64,000 nt of DNA from Limisphaerales bacterium (lineage in GTDB: Bacteria > Verrucomicrobiota > Verrucomicrobiia > Limisphaerales > SXQI01). The notes below the pieces were generated by a model that did not search any database, had not been told where the DNA came from, and saw only the letters and a program-made list of their open reading frames with translations. The stretch lies in contig JBGAGW010000010.1 in assembly GCA_044226545.1 (NCBI GenBank), positions 73,706-137,705 of the forward strand. The letters run 5' to 3'. Position 1 is the first letter of the stretch; each line of letters begins with the position of its first letter. The translations under genes were made by a program, and so were the position numbers. Positions 30,044-40,948 of this stretch are shown here, piece after piece.

Positions 30044-30385
30044 CTAAGGTTCGCCCGCCGGCAGAGGATCGCCGCTTTTGTTATACGCCGGAGGCACATA
30101 CACGTTTACCGTGCGCATGAATGTAGTCCCCGTGTTTCGAAGTTCGTGGTTTTCGCCTTTTTCGATAAGAATCATTGTGCCTGGGGTGAGCGACACGCGT
30201 TTCCTGCCAATCTTTGCAGCTCCATTTCCAGAGACAACATACAGCCACTGGTCAGCCCCACGGTGGTGATTGTCTTTTCCGCCTTGGATTTCGCCGGGCT
30301 CGAGAACCATTTCGGCGCATTGCGCCCGCTTGTTCCCCACCCCAACTCGAAAGCCTTTCCCAAATCTGAATTTGACCCGTTTCAC
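30044..30385 (-). CDS. Cupin domain protein
   Basis: NHHRGADQWLYVVSG and IEKGENHELRN cupin motifs. Confidence 0.9.
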   Translation of the reverse strand: MKRVKFRFGKGFRVGVGNKRAQCAEMVLEPGEIQGGKDNHHRGADQWLYVVSGNGAAKIGRKRVSLTPGTMILIEKGENHELRNTGTTFMRTVNVYVPPAYNKSGDPLPAGEP

Positions 30386-30484
30386 ATCCTTAACTTACAT
30401 CAAGATGAGAAGCGGCGGAACGAGTTGCGCCACTGATTTTCGTTTTTGCTTGCTCGCACACCTGGGAAAGTTTGTCGTTAAGCA

Positions 30485-32128
30485 ATGACGCCACGCGCAG
30501 TTCTTCCATTTGTACTTTGCTTCTTCGCGGTTCTGAGCGGAAGCGCCGCTCCGATTCGAGTTGTCGTTTGGGACGAACAACAGCCGGCGCAGCAGAAAGT
30601 TTACACGAATTTTCTCGGGAATCAGATCGCTGGACACCTAAAAAAGAACCACGAACTGAGCGTCCGCTCCGCCAACCTGAATGAGCCAAACCAGGGGATA
30701 ACCGAAGAGTTACTAAACCAGACAGACGTTCTCCTCTGGTGGGGCCACATCCGTCAGGACGATTTCCCGCAAGCGATGGCCGACAAAATCGTAGATCGCG
30801 TGAAGGCGGGAAAGCTCGCGCTCATCGCCCTGCACTCGGCGCATTGGGCCGCACCATTTCGCACCGCGATGGAATCCCGTTTGATCCAGGAGACGTTGAA
30901 GACGCTACCGGTAGCCGAAAGAAGCAAAGCGGAGCCGGAATTCATCCAATGGCGCAGTCGTGTCGTGGTTGGTGCGAATGAAAATCCCCGTTTCGACACA
31001 CGAATCGAGAAAAGGGAAAACGGAAAATGGCACGTTTTAATGGAACGGCCCTCCTGTGTCTTTCCTCGTTGTTGTACGCCGGTGCAGCCCAGCACCATGA
31101 CCACTCTGCTGCCGGAACATCCGATTGCACGCGGAATCTCTAAACAATTCACCCTCCCCGAAACAGAGATGTATGACGAACCTTTCCACGTGCCAGAGCC
31201 GGACGAGGTGATCTTCCGCGAATCGTGGGCAGGCGGTGAGACGTTTCGCAGCGGGATGCTCTGGCGAGTCGGCCAGGGAAACGTTTTCTACTTCCGTCCC
31301 GGCCATGAAACTTACCACGTATACACCGAAGAAATGCCGCTGAGGATCCTCGAGAACGCGTGCCTTTATCTCGGCAAGGAGGTCCAAAAGGTGGCAGCAC
31401 GGCCTTCCTACAAACATATTAAGATGCTCGTCTTTTCCAAAACGTCATGGTACCGCCACCCGGCCATTCCGATGGTCGATGATTTTCTCGTTCAAATGGG
31501 GCAGGATTACGGTTTCTCCGTCAATGTGACGGAAGATGCGGCGCAGTTCACCAAAGAGAATCTCGCGCGATACAACGTCGCGCTGTTCATCAGCACCACC
31601 GACATCGGCAAATCTCTCGATGACTCCCAGAAAAAGGCATTCATTGACTGGTTCCGCGACGGCCACTCCCTGATCGCCATGCACGCCGCGGGTGTCCATC
31701 ACGATACGTGGGACTGGTACTCGCAACTTTTTGGCACCGATTTCGACAGCGATTCCGAATACGTCAGCGCGCTCGTCCGTGTTGATCCGTCAACAACGGA
31801 AAATCCGATTTTGGAGGATGTTGATCCCGCGTTTCACCTCGAAGGGGATTGGTTGAACTTCAAGCGCAGCGTGCGGCCGTTGTCCGGCGTTCAAATTTTA
31901 CTCGCGCTCGATGAGAGGAGTTACGATCCCGTGCGGCCTTATTTCAAAACTCTCAATGGAAAGCCGATGGGGACAGATCATCCTTTTGCCTGGACGCGCG
32001 AATTCGAGGGTGGTCACTTCATCTACACCATGATAGGGCACGACACGCGTCCGCTCGAAACACGCTTTGGCCGCGAGCACCTGGCGCGTGTGATTGAATG
32101 GGCAGGGAAAGGTGCTCGGGGACAGTGA
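30485..32128 (+). CDS. Secreted protein with two ThuA-like domains
   Basis: VVVWDE, WWGH, ALHSAH, EMYDEPF, YFRPGHE; second unit VFSKTSWYRH, AWTREF, YTMIGH. Confidence 0.88.
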   Translation: MTPRAVLPFVLCFFAVLSGSAAPIRVVVWDEQQPAQQKVYTNFLGNQIAGHLKKNHELSVRSANLNEPNQGITEELLNQTDVLLWWGHIRQDDFPQAMADKIVDRVKAGKLALIALHSAHWAAPFRTAMESRLIQETLKTLPVAERSKAEPEFIQWRSRVVVGANENPRFDTRIEKRENGKWHVLMERPSCVFPRCCTPVQPSTMTTLLPEHPIARGISKQFTLPETEMYDEPFHVPEPDEVIFRESWAGGETFRSGMLWRVGQGNVFYFRPGHETYHVYTEEMPLRILENACLYLGKEVQKVAARPSYKHIKMLVFSKTSWYRHPAIPMVDDFLVQMGQDYGFSVNVTEDAAQFTKENLARYNVALFISTTDIGKSLDDSQKKAFIDWFRDGHSLIAMHAAGVHHDTWDWYSQLFGTDFDSDSEYVSALVRVDPSTTENPILEDVDPAFHLEGDWLNFKRSVRPLSGVQILLALDERSYDPVRPYFKTLNGKPMGTDHPFAWTREFEGGHFIYTMIGHDTRPLETRFGREHLARVIEWAGKGARGQ

Positions 32129-32180
32129 TCCAAAAAGCTGTTGGAGGAGCCGGTATCACGAAGAACTTTGGCGTGAAAAT

Positions 32181-32933
32181 ATGAATAACACGAAACAGGA
32201 GCTCAAGGGAAAGGTCGCGTTCGTAACGGGTGGCTCACGCGGCATTGGTGCGGCTATTGCCCGGCGACTGGCGGAAGAGGGCGCCAAGGTCGCCCTCACC
32301 TACACCAGCGCGCCACAAAAGGCGGCGGAGGTCGTATCCACCATTCAAGCGACGGGGGCTCAGGCGTTGGCCATCCAGGCAGACAGCGCAGACCCGGCAG
32401 CACTGAAGAGCGCTGTAGCACAAGCCGTTCAAAAACTGGGCGGGCTCGATATACTGGTCAACAACGCGGGCGTTGCCGTTATCAAGCCGCTTGATCAATT
32501 CGCACTGACCGATTTTGACAAATCCGTTGCGATCAATGTTCGCGCAGTGTTTGTCGCTTCCCAGGAATCGGCCCGTCACATGAAAGAAGGCGGACGGATC
32601 ATCACGATCGGAAGCGTTAACGCGGACAGGATGCCTTTCGCCGGCGGGAGCGTATACGCAATGACGAAAGCGGCCGTCGCGGGTCTGACGCGCGGCATGG
32701 CGCGGGATCTCGGGCCGCGTGGGATTACCGTCAACGTGGTTCAGCCAGGGCCGGTCGATACGGATATGAACCCAGCGACCGGTCCCTTCGCCGAGAACCT
32801 GAAGTCCCTCATGGCTTTGCCGCGCTACGGAAAAGGCGAAGAAATTGCGGCGATGGTCGCATATCTCGCAAGCCCTTCGGCTGGTTTTGTGACCGGCGCG
32901 TGCCTGACGATTGACGGCGGATTTGCCGCCTGA
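32181..32933 (+). CDS. SDR family oxidoreductase (BdcA/YjgI-like)
   Basis: TGGSRGIG, NNAG, YAMTK, PGPVDTDMNP, IDGG. Confidence 0.93.
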   Translation: MNNTKQELKGKVAFVTGGSRGIGAAIARRLAEEGAKVALTYTSAPQKAAEVVSTIQATGAQALAIQADSADPAALKSAVAQAVQKLGGLDILVNNAGVAVIKPLDQFALTDFDKSVAINVRAVFVASQESARHMKEGGRIITIGSVNADRMPFAGGSVYAMTKAAVAGLTRGMARDLGPRGITVNVVQPGPVDTDMNPATGPFAENLKSLMALPRYGKGEEIAAMVAYLASPSAGFVTGACLTIDGGFAA

Positions 32934-33266
32934 TTTCTGGGCCGCCCGCCCCAGTCACTTTCCTCAAAATTCGAGAAGGAATATGCAATAGGCGGAAAGC
33001 CTAAATCGCCGCGCAGGCGCCATACTTGGTCATGAACGGTTTGGTGACAGGATGTTGCCTGAAGCCGCATCAATCACGGGGTGGGCGCTCGTCTGCCTTT
33101 CGGGTTCATTTGGCGGAGTTCTCCACTGAGGCGATATTATCTCCGGTGAAACGATTTCGCACAATGTGCGTCAACGGCTCGCCCCTGATCTCCCCCTCGA
33201 GTCAAGGGTGTGACCAACTCACGAACACGTGCTTGCGGATCGATGAGAACCAGAATTGGAGCATGC

Positions 33267-34598
33267 ATGAATGCTTTAGTGCAGGTGGTGCGTGAGGCAG
33301 CGGTTCCGCTCTTCGGAACGCCTTCCGATTATGATGCACTGATTGATGGCATCGACGGCAGCACGCTGGTGCTGCTGGGCGAAGCGTCGCACGGGACGCA
33401 CGAATTTTACAGGGAGCGGGCCCAAATCACCAAGCGCTTGATCTACGAGAAGGGGTTTAACGCCGTCGCAATCGAGGGCGATTGGCCCGACGCCCATCGG
33501 GTGAACCGTTATGTTCGGGGGGCCGGTGAAGACGCCGATGCCGTCGAGGCGCTCAGCGGTTTCAAACGATTTCCTTCTTGGATGTGGCGCAACGCGGATG
33601 TGCTCGATTTCGTCGGTTGGTTGCGGAGCTACAACGAGGGGCTACCGCGGAAAGCGGAAAAGGTCGGTTTTTACGGCTTGGACCTTTACAGCCTGCACGC
33701 TTCGATGGAAGCGGTGCTGGGTTACCTTTCGAAAATAGATCCAGCCTCGGCGAAGCGCGCACGAAATCGCTACGCCTGCTTCGACCACTTCGGCAAAGAC
33801 ACACAGAGTTACGGCCTGGGCGTCAAGATGGGCCTGGGCCAGAGCTGTGAGCAGGAGGTGATCAATGAACTTACCGAGTTGCGCTTGCGTGAAGCCCAAT
33901 ACATGCAGCGCGACGGTCGAGTCGCCGCGGATGACTTCTTCTCTGCGGAGCAAAATGCTCTCGTGATAAAAAATGCGGAAGAATACTACCGGACGATGTT
34001 CGAGGGCGAAGTTTCGTCCTGGAACCTGCGCGACCAGCACATGTTCGAAACACTGCGGGCTTTGCGCGGTCATTTGGAAACGCTGGGCGTCCCTCCGAGA
34101 ATCGTGATTTGGGCTCATAACTCACATCTCGGAGACGCCCGCGCTACTTACATGGGTGAACGCGGCGAACTGAATCTCGGCCAACTCTGCCGTGAAGCCT
34201 GGGCCGCCACCGTGGCGAACGTCGGATTCACGACCTACACCGGGACAGTCACTGCCGCTTCCGACTGGGATCAGCCCGCCGAAAGAAAAAAGGTTCGCCC
34301 CGCGCTCAGGAACAGCTACGAAGAACTCTTTCACCAGGTCGGCCACGAGCGCTTTTTCCTGGACCTCAAACAGCAGAAGGAAGCCGCCTTCAACCTGGCC
34401 GCGCGCCGCCTCGAACGTGCCATCGGAGTTGTCTATCGGCCCGAGACGGAGCGTCAGAGCCACTATTTTGAATGCTCCCTGTCGAAGCAGTTCGATTACA
34501 TTTTGCACTTCGACCATACCCGTGCCGTGGAACCGCTCGAGCGGAACTCCTTGTGGGACGCGGGTGAAATTCCAGAAACCTACCCCAGCGGAGTTTAG
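33267..34598 (+). CDS. Erythromycin esterase family protein (stand-alone)
   Basis: LGEASHGTHEFY, EGDWPD, WAHNSHLGDARAT, RAIGVVY; family membership does not imply macrolide resistance. Confidence 0.92.
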   Translation: MNALVQVVREAAVPLFGTPSDYDALIDGIDGSTLVLLGEASHGTHEFYRERAQITKRLIYEKGFNAVAIEGDWPDAHRVNRYVRGAGEDADAVEALSGFKRFPSWMWRNADVLDFVGWLRSYNEGLPRKAEKVGFYGLDLYSLHASMEAVLGYLSKIDPASAKRARNRYACFDHFGKDTQSYGLGVKMGLGQSCEQEVINELTELRLREAQYMQRDGRVAADDFFSAEQNALVIKNAEEYYRTMFEGEVSSWNLRDQHMFETLRALRGHLETLGVPPRIVIWAHNSHLGDARATYMGERGELNLGQLCREAWAATVANVGFTTYTGTVTAASDWDQPAERKKVRPALRNSYEELFHQVGHERFFLDLKQQKEAAFNLAARRLERAIGVVYRPETERQSHYFECSLSKQFDYILHFDHTRAVEPLERNSLWDAGEIPETYPSGV

Positions 34599-34602
34599 AC
34601 CT

Positions 34603-34995
34603 ATGAACATCGCGGAGCGAACACTCCTGGACACCGTACGGATCGTCGAAACGCGCGAAGTCGGCCACGAGTCCTACGAAATTTGCGCGACCGCTCGGGC
34701 GACTTACGACGAAGCCGCCGGCAAAATGCGGATCGTCCTCGACGCTTTCGTCCGCCATTTCGAAATGCGCGGCCGTGACGAGATCCTCCACCCTCCCTGG
34801 CTTCCCCGCAGCGATGCAGTCGAGACGCATGTTTCGCTGGAAGAAGCTCCAGAGGCAGCGAAAGAGATTTTCGATTCCTGGGCGCACAAACTGTGTAAGA
34901 CCATCCCAGGTGGGAGCGAATGGCGTCCGGAAGTTTCCTGGCTGCGTGATGAGAGTGAACCAGTTAAACAGGGCTCAGCTTTGGGTTGCGCTTAG
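34603..34995 (+). CDS. Hypothetical protein, 130 aa
   Basis: ATG 5 nt after the esterase stop; the upstream part of the ORF-track call is an overlap artefact. Confidence 0.6.
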   Translation: MNIAERTLLDTVRIVETREVGHESYEICATARATYDEAAGKMRIVLDAFVRHFEMRGRDEILHPPWLPRSDAVETHVSLEEAPEAAKEIFDSWAHKLCKTIPGGSEWRPEVSWLRDESEPVKQGSALGCA

Positions 34996-35248
34996 CTGCA
35001 GCTTCTCCAGCAATAGAATTAACATGCGTCTGCCCTGCTGTCCCTCCACTGTCCCCTTATCCCTTCCAAGCGGGATGCATTTGATTTATGCTCTGTAGCG
35101 GAGTGGAAGATTCCGCGCTCTCCAATCCTTGCAAATATCGTTGAACCAAAAGCGATTCGGGAGCGTATAACTGCTGGGTGGGAAACGGCCGGAGTAGGTC
35201 GGGGCGCCCGCGACTGCCGTTGAGCAAATCCGCCACTCGAGTGGTCAG

Positions 35249-36913
35249 ATGAGAACAGTGATGACCGGCTTCTACCGTGTCGGGGAAGGACGTTTCGCGC
35301 GCTTCGCTTCCAGGTTTGCACTTTTGTTCGGTCTTGCTTGGACCTTCACCCTCAATGCCGCGGAACCGGGCAAAAAGCCGGCGCCCGGGGCCGATATTTT
35401 CGAGGGAACAAATATCGTCCGGATCAAGATTACGATCCCGGAAAGCGGGTTGAGAACGCTCCGCAGTTATCACTGGGGCAACGGCGGCGAGAAGGCCGAA
35501 GTCAAGGCCAGCGTCGCGGAAGGGACGAATGTTTACAAGAACGTTGCGCTCCATTTGAAAGGTTCCGCTGGAAGTTTCCAGTCCATCGACGACCGACCGG
35601 CGCTGACGCTGAATTTCGACAAGTTCACGGCCGGGCAGAGTTTTCATGGTCTTTCGAAAATTTCGCTGAACAACTCCGTCCAGGACCCAACTTTCATTTG
35701 TGAAAAGATTTGCCGCGAAATGTATGAAGCGGCCGGCGTCCCGGTGCCGCGTGCGGACTATGCGCTCGTGACCTTGAACGGAAACGACCTTGGTCTCTAC
35801 GTTCTGCTCGAGGGCTACAACAAGCAGTTCCTCAAGCGGTATTTCAAGAACGTCAGCGGCAACCTGTATGATGGGGGGTTTTGTCGCGAAATCACGGATG
35901 ATCTCAGTGTGAATTCCGGTGACAAGCCCAACGACAAATCCGATCTGCAACGGCTCGCGTCGGAAGCGGCGCGGGCGCGGCAGACCCGATCTCTAACCGG
36001 CCTATCGCAGGTCCTCGATATTGACCGCCTGCTGACGATGATCGCTTTGGAAGTCATCCAATGTCATTGGGACGGCTATACGATGAACCGCAACAATTAC
36101 CGGCTCTATCACGACATGGATCAGAACAAGATGATCTTCATGCCGCACGGCATGGACCAGATGTTCGGGGGCGGCGGGCGCAGTTCGCCGGACAGTTCAA
36201 TTTATCCCCCCATTCAGGGATTTGTTTCGGGTGCGGTGATGGGCACTGCCGAAGGACGGAAACGATACCTGGAGAAGCTCGCTGAGATGCGAACGAATGT
36301 TTTCAAGGAGGCGGAGATTACCAATCGCGTCTATCAGATCGCTGAGCGAATTCGTCCCTATACCTCCGGCGGCGGGTTTCAGTTTTCGCGCCGCGGACGC
36401 TATTACGGGGGCGGTGGAGGAGGAGTTGGCTGGCTTTGCCGAAGCATTATGTTGCGTGCCGAGAGCCTCGATCAACAGCTCGAAAAACCGCGCACCGCGC
36501 CGAAGTTCGTCGATAACATTCTACGCTTGCCGGATTGGACCCCGTTCAACGGCAACCCCAACCTTGATTTCGCGACCAGCAAAGACGGCAAGAAACTTCT
36601 GCACATTGTCGGTGACGGCGGCGGATCGAGTGCGTCATGGCGGCTGCCCGTCCAGCTTGAGCCGGGACGTTATCGTTTCGAAGGGTATGTCCGAACGCGA
36701 GGAGTGGGTATGGGCGGCGCAGGCGCGCATCTTCGAGTTTCCGGAGCCACTCCGATGCCCGTTCTCCACGGTGATGCGGAATGGACCATGGTCGGCTACA
36801 CCTTCGAAGTGGATGATCCCGGTCGCGAGGTCACTCTCGTTTGCGAACTAAAAGGAAATAAGGGTGAAGCTTGGTTCGACACAAGTTCACTTAAGCTTCG
36901 TAAGATAGAGTGA
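35249..36913 (+). CDS. CotH-family atypical kinase with C-terminal carbohydrate-binding-like domain
   Basis: HLKGSAGSF, KISLNNSVQDPT, GLYVLLE, HWDGY, NNYRLY, FMPHGMDQMF. Confidence 0.88.
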   Translation: MRTVMTGFYRVGEGRFARFASRFALLFGLAWTFTLNAAEPGKKPAPGADIFEGTNIVRIKITIPESGLRTLRSYHWGNGGEKAEVKASVAEGTNVYKNVALHLKGSAGSFQSIDDRPALTLNFDKFTAGQSFHGLSKISLNNSVQDPTFICEKICREMYEAAGVPVPRADYALVTLNGNDLGLYVLLEGYNKQFLKRYFKNVSGNLYDGGFCREITDDLSVNSGDKPNDKSDLQRLASEAARARQTRSLTGLSQVLDIDRLLTMIALEVIQCHWDGYTMNRNNYRLYHDMDQNKMIFMPHGMDQMFGGGGRSSPDSSIYPPIQGFVSGAVMGTAEGRKRYLEKLAEMRTNVFKEAEITNRVYQIAERIRPYTSGGGFQFSRRGRYYGGGGGGVGWLCRSIMLRAESLDQQLEKPRTAPKFVDNILRLPDWTPFNGNPNLDFATSKDGKKLLHIVGDGGGSSASWRLPVQLEPGRYRFEGYVRTRGVGMGGAGAHLRVSGATPMPVLHGDAEWTMVGYTFEVDDPGREVTLVCELKGNKGEAWFDTSSLKLRKIE

Positions 36914-36964
36914 GGATTTCGTGAAACATTTCTGGCCCCGCCGGAGTTATCAGTGGAAGGAACT

Positions 36965-37969
36965 ATGGACAAAGCAAATAATGTGGAAGCAATCGAACGC
37001 CTGGCACAACAGCGCACCGCGCTCGTCGATCAACTATCGCGAGTGATTGTCGGTCAGCGCGAGGTGATCGATAATGTGCTCCTCACAATTTTTTGCGGCG
37101 GCCATGGTTTGATTGTCGGCGTGCCCGGCCTCGCCAAAACGCTCCTCGTTCGTTCGCTCGGCCGCGCGCTCGAACTGAGCTTTAACCGTGTGCAATTCAC
37201 GCCTGACCTCATGCCTTCCGACATCACTGGCACCGAAATCCTGCAGGTCGATCCCAACACGGGACAACGCCGTCTCGATTTCATGCCCGGACCGATTTTC
37301 GCCAATCTGCTCCTGGCGGACGAAATCAATCGCACTCCGCCGAAGACGCAGGCCGCGATGCTCCAGACGATGCAGGAGTACGAAGTGACCGTCGGCACGA
37401 AGACTCATCCCCTGCCCCGCCCGTTTCACGTTTTCGCGACGCAAAACCCGATCGAAATGGAAGGCACCTACGTCCTTCCCGAAGCGCAGGCGGACCGGTT
37501 CATGTTCAGCATTTATTGCGGTTACCCAACGAATGCCGAAGAGGAGATGATCGTTCGCAACACCACAGGCACCGATGCCGCCGAACTCAAACCGGTGCTG
37601 AACGCCAAAGAGATCCTTGAAATCCAAAAATTGGTGCGCGCGATGCCTGTTTCGGACGAAGTGATCCGCTATGCGGTACGACTCGTTTCGCGCACACGTC
37701 CGGAAGATCCCACAGCGCCCAGTTACGTGAAGGAATACATTCGGTGGGGAGCGAGTCCGCGTGCCTCGCAATATCTGATCCTTGGTGCTAAAGCGCGCGC
37801 CGCGGTCACCGGAAAATTATGCGCCGATTACGACGGAGTAAAATCCGTCGCCCGGCAGGTTTTGCGTCATCGCGTCCTTACGAACTTCAACGCACGCGCG
37901 CAGAAGATCACGATTAACGATATCATCGAGAAACTCCTGGCCGAACCCGTTAACGCCACCGTGCGCTAA
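36965..37969 (+). CDS. moxR: MoxR family AAA+ ATPase
   Basis: GVPGLAKT, RVQFTPDLMPSDITG, DEINRTPPKTQ, ATQNPIEMEGTY. Confidence 0.96.
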   Translation: MDKANNVEAIERLAQQRTALVDQLSRVIVGQREVIDNVLLTIFCGGHGLIVGVPGLAKTLLVRSLGRALELSFNRVQFTPDLMPSDITGTEILQVDPNTGQRRLDFMPGPIFANLLLADEINRTPPKTQAAMLQTMQEYEVTVGTKTHPLPRPFHVFATQNPIEMEGTYVLPEAQADRFMFSIYCGYPTNAEEEMIVRNTTGTDAAELKPVLNAKEILEIQKLVRAMPVSDEVIRYAVRLVSRTRPEDPTAPSYVKEYIRWGASPRASQYLILGAKARAAVTGKLCADYDGVKSVARQVLRHRVLTNFNARAQKITINDIIEKLLAEPVNATVR

Positions 37970-38856
37970 TGCCTGCCACCTTCGCCATAAAAGCCTCCGC
38001 GCTCGCCGTCGTCGATGACCTGTCGCTTGTCGCGAAAACGGTTGTCGAAGGCTTTTTCGATGGCCTGCATCGCAGTCCGTTTCTCGGCTACAGCACGGAA
38101 TTCTCCGCTTACCGGCCCTATGTCCCGGGCGATAACCCTCGCTATGTGGATTGGAAAGTTTGGGGACGCACGGAGGAATATTACGTCAAACAGTTCGAGG
38201 ACGACACGAACGTTCGCTGCCATATCTTTCTCGATACCAGCGCTTCGATGGACTTCGGCGCGGACGACGCCCACAAGTTCAATTATGCCCGGACCCTCGC
38301 CGCCGTCCTGTCATACTTGATGGTCCGCCAGCATGACGCACCGGGCTTGATCGTCTTCGGCGCGCAATCGCGCCAGGCTGCGCCCTCGTCGAGTACCCGT
38401 CATCACGCGGATGAAATTCTTTCGCTACTCACCCACGCACAGGCAGGCGGTCAAAACAATTTCGATCAGCACTTGTATCAGATCGCCGAAACGATCACTC
38501 GGCGCGGTCTGGCGGTTGTCATCTCCGATTTTCTGGGCGCATCGGACGGAGTGTTCGAACTTCTAAAACGGCTGCATGGACAGGGACAGGAAATCCTCGT
38601 CTTTCATTTGCTCGCGCCTGAGGAATTCGATCTGCCTTACGAGGGCGAGTTCATCATGGAGGACGCCGAGAGTGGCCTTGAGATCCCGGTGCATCCGGAG
38701 AGTTTTCGTTCCGAATACAAGAAGCGCGTGGCCGAGTTTTGTGAACGCGTGCGTAAACATTGCATCAGCTTGGAAGTGGAATATCAGCAGTTGCGCACCG
38801 ATGCCCCGCTCGATTTCGCGCTCATGGCCTATCTCGAAAAACGGGCGGCGTTGTAA
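37969..38856 (+). CDS. DUF58 domain protein
   Basis: GLHRSPFLGYSTEFSAYRPY, VDWKV, DTSASM, VISDF. Confidence 0.93.
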   Translation: MPATFAIKASALAVVDDLSLVAKTVVEGFFDGLHRSPFLGYSTEFSAYRPYVPGDNPRYVDWKVWGRTEEYYVKQFEDDTNVRCHIFLDTSASMDFGADDAHKFNYARTLAAVLSYLMVRQHDAPGLIVFGAQSRQAAPSSSTRHHADEILSLLTHAQAGGQNNFDQHLYQIAETITRRGLAVVISDFLGASDGVFELLKRLHGQGQEILVFHLLAPEEFDLPYEGEFIMEDAESGLEIPVHPESFRSEYKKRVAEFCERVRKHCISLEVEYQQLRTDAPLDFALMAYLEKRAAL

Positions 38857-38858
38857 CT

Positions 38859-40934
38859 ATGTTTCCGGCATTCACCAATGTGCTTTTGCTCGGCGGACTC
38901 GTGGGAGTTACCGCCCCTATTCTCATCCATCTTCTTTTGCGCCGCCGTTCGCAAAAGATGCGCTTCAGCACAGTGCAATTCTTCATCAAGAAGGATGAGC
39001 AATCGATGCGGAAGCGAAAGCTCAGAAATCTTCTGCTGCTCTCGCTGCGCGTGCTTCTTTTCGCCTTGCTCGTCTTGGCTTTTGCCAAGCCCTATTTGCC
39101 GAACGGCGCTGCAGCCGCGACGACGAAGAGGCAGCAGACCGTTATCCTTCTCGATACCTCAGCCTCCATGCAGAGCGGCGAACAATGGAAACGCGCCAAA
39201 GATTTAGCGAAGAAGACCCTCGCCGCTCTCCAAAACGATGATCGCGCCGCCCTCGTTCTTTGCGCCACACATAGCAGCACACTATCGGGCTTTGTCCCGC
39301 CTTCCGTGCTCGCTAAGAAGCTTGATGATGTCCAGCCGGGCTACGGACTCGGAGACATCAATGACGGTTTGCAACAGGCATTGAAGGTCCTCACCACGGC
39401 CAATCCGGCGCAGGCCACTTCCCTGAACATCATCAGCGACCTGCAGCGCCCAGCCACACAGAACGTGGCCAGCGTTCCTTTACCCAAGGAACTGGTCGTA
39501 AAGATTGATGATCCTGTTGATCGTTTTTCACCAAACGTCAGCGTGACCGATCTGCGCCTGGAACGTGAAGGTGACGTTTCCGCGCATGCGAGCATAACCA
39601 GCTTCTCGGATGAGAATTATTCGGCGTTGCCTTATCGCCTCACGATCGACGGGAAGGAAATCCTCGCCGGGACCGTGACCGTGCCCAGCGGCACGAGCAC
39701 AAATCTTCCTTTGGCCATTCCCGCGTTGAAGCCGGGGTGGCATTCCGCGGAATTTGCGATTCACCCGCGCGACAGTCTCGGGCTGGACGATACTCGGTTC
39801 GCGACTGTGCTCGTGCCGGACCCGATCCGTTGCGTGGTCATCGAGTCGCAACCAACCGCGAAGAGTTATCAACAGCAGTCCTTTTTTGTCGCCGCTGCTT
39901 TGAACCCGAGTACCCAGGCTGAAGTGAGTGCCTCGCGCTTCACTTACGAGAAAGCGACCCTGGACACTTTCCCATCACTATTGAAAGCCGAGCCTGGCAA
40001 AGCGCCGGTGCAGTTGGTGGTTCTTCCCGCGATAAAACAAGTATCCGCTGCCGCAGCGAGCGCGCTTCGAACCTTCGTCCGCAAAGGTGGAGGACTTCTC
40101 CTCTTTTTAGGCGAGAACGTCAGTGCGAACAGTTACAACACCGAACTGGGAGATCTCTTGCCCGCAGAGCTTGGCCGAACTCAAATTGCGCCAGAAACAA
40201 GCTGGCATTTTGGCCAATTCAAGAATAACTCACCCGCCTTTGCGCTTTTTGCCGGCGCAGGCAACGGAAACCTGACGCTGCATGAATTTACTCAACGATT
40301 CTCTCTGAAACCGAAAACGAATTCCGAAGTCATCGCTCAGTTTCAGGACTCGGTTCCATTGGTCGTCGAGCAAAAGCTGGGTGAAGGACGTATCATTCTG
40401 GTGAACAGTTCGGCGGACACGCGTTGGACCGATTGGCAGAAGCACAAAAGCTTTGTGCCCTGGTTGCACTCGACCGCGTTTTACCTGAGCGGCCGAAATC
40501 CCTCCGAGCAACGGGATAACGCGCCGAGTTTCAACAGCGGATCGGAAGTGGATCTCGCGATCAGTCTCAAGCAACAAGCGATCAAAATTCAGCGCACTGG
40601 CTCGCCCGAAGTGGCACTGCAATCGGACGACGACGGCACTTTGCGAGATGTTCCCCTGCCCGTCCCTGGAATTTATAGCGTGAAAGACGCAGTAGGAGCA
40701 GAATTGCGCCGTATCGCGGTCAATGTTCCCACCGCGGAGTCCGATTTGACCTTCGGCGCGCCCGCCGAAACGGAACAACAGCTTGTGCGACGCGAGGAAT
40801 CGGAACCGACAACTCTCGCTGCAGGGCTGTTTGGGGAATCGCAGCGCGGCAAGGAACTATGGCGCATGCTTCTGATGGCAGCGCTGGTTTTTCTGGTAGT
40901 CGAACCAATTGTCGCGAATAGGACCGCGGCTTAA
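38859..40934 (+). CDS. BatA/vWA domain membrane protein
   Basis: PILIHLL BatA motif, LLDTSASM and ISD MIDAS residues, C-terminal TM. Confidence 0.88.
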   Translation: MFPAFTNVLLLGGLVGVTAPILIHLLLRRRSQKMRFSTVQFFIKKDEQSMRKRKLRNLLLLSLRVLLFALLVLAFAKPYLPNGAAAATTKRQQTVILLDTSASMQSGEQWKRAKDLAKKTLAALQNDDRAALVLCATHSSTLSGFVPPSVLAKKLDDVQPGYGLGDINDGLQQALKVLTTANPAQATSLNIISDLQRPATQNVASVPLPKELVVKIDDPVDRFSPNVSVTDLRLEREGDVSAHASITSFSDENYSALPYRLTIDGKEILAGTVTVPSGTSTNLPLAIPALKPGWHSAEFAIHPRDSLGLDDTRFATVLVPDPIRCVVIESQPTAKSYQQQSFFVAAALNPSTQAEVSASRFTYEKATLDTFPSLLKAEPGKAPVQLVVLPAIKQVSAAAASALRTFVRKGGGLLLFLGENVSANSYNTELGDLLPAELGRTQIAPETSWHFGQFKNNSPAFALFAGAGNGNLTLHEFTQRFSLKPKTNSEVIAQFQDSVPLVVEQKLGEGRIILVNSSADTRWTDWQKHKSFVPWLHSTAFYLSGRNPSEQRDNAPSFNSGSEVDLAISLKQQAIKIQRTGSPEVALQSDDDGTLRDVPLPVPGIYSVKDAVGAELRRIAVNVPTAESDLTFGAPAETEQQLVRREESEPTTLAAGLFGESQRGKELWRMLLMAALVFLVVEPIVANRTAA

Positions 40935-40948
40935 GAAAAGGGAAACGT

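Noticed and set aside
32934-33266. 330-bp intergenic region with a small hairpin (taggc-ggaaa-gccta) and a minus-strand TTGTGC-17-GATAAT
   Set aside because: No recognisable riboswitch or ncRNA motif and only tiny ORFs; too weak to call.
33267-34598. Erythromycin esterase as an antibiotic-resistance gene
   Set aside because: The family is widespread and mostly unrelated to macrolide resistance; there is no mobile context.
34192-34602. First half of the 267-aa ORF at 34192
   Set aside because: It overlaps the esterase in another frame; only 34603-34995 is a plausible gene.
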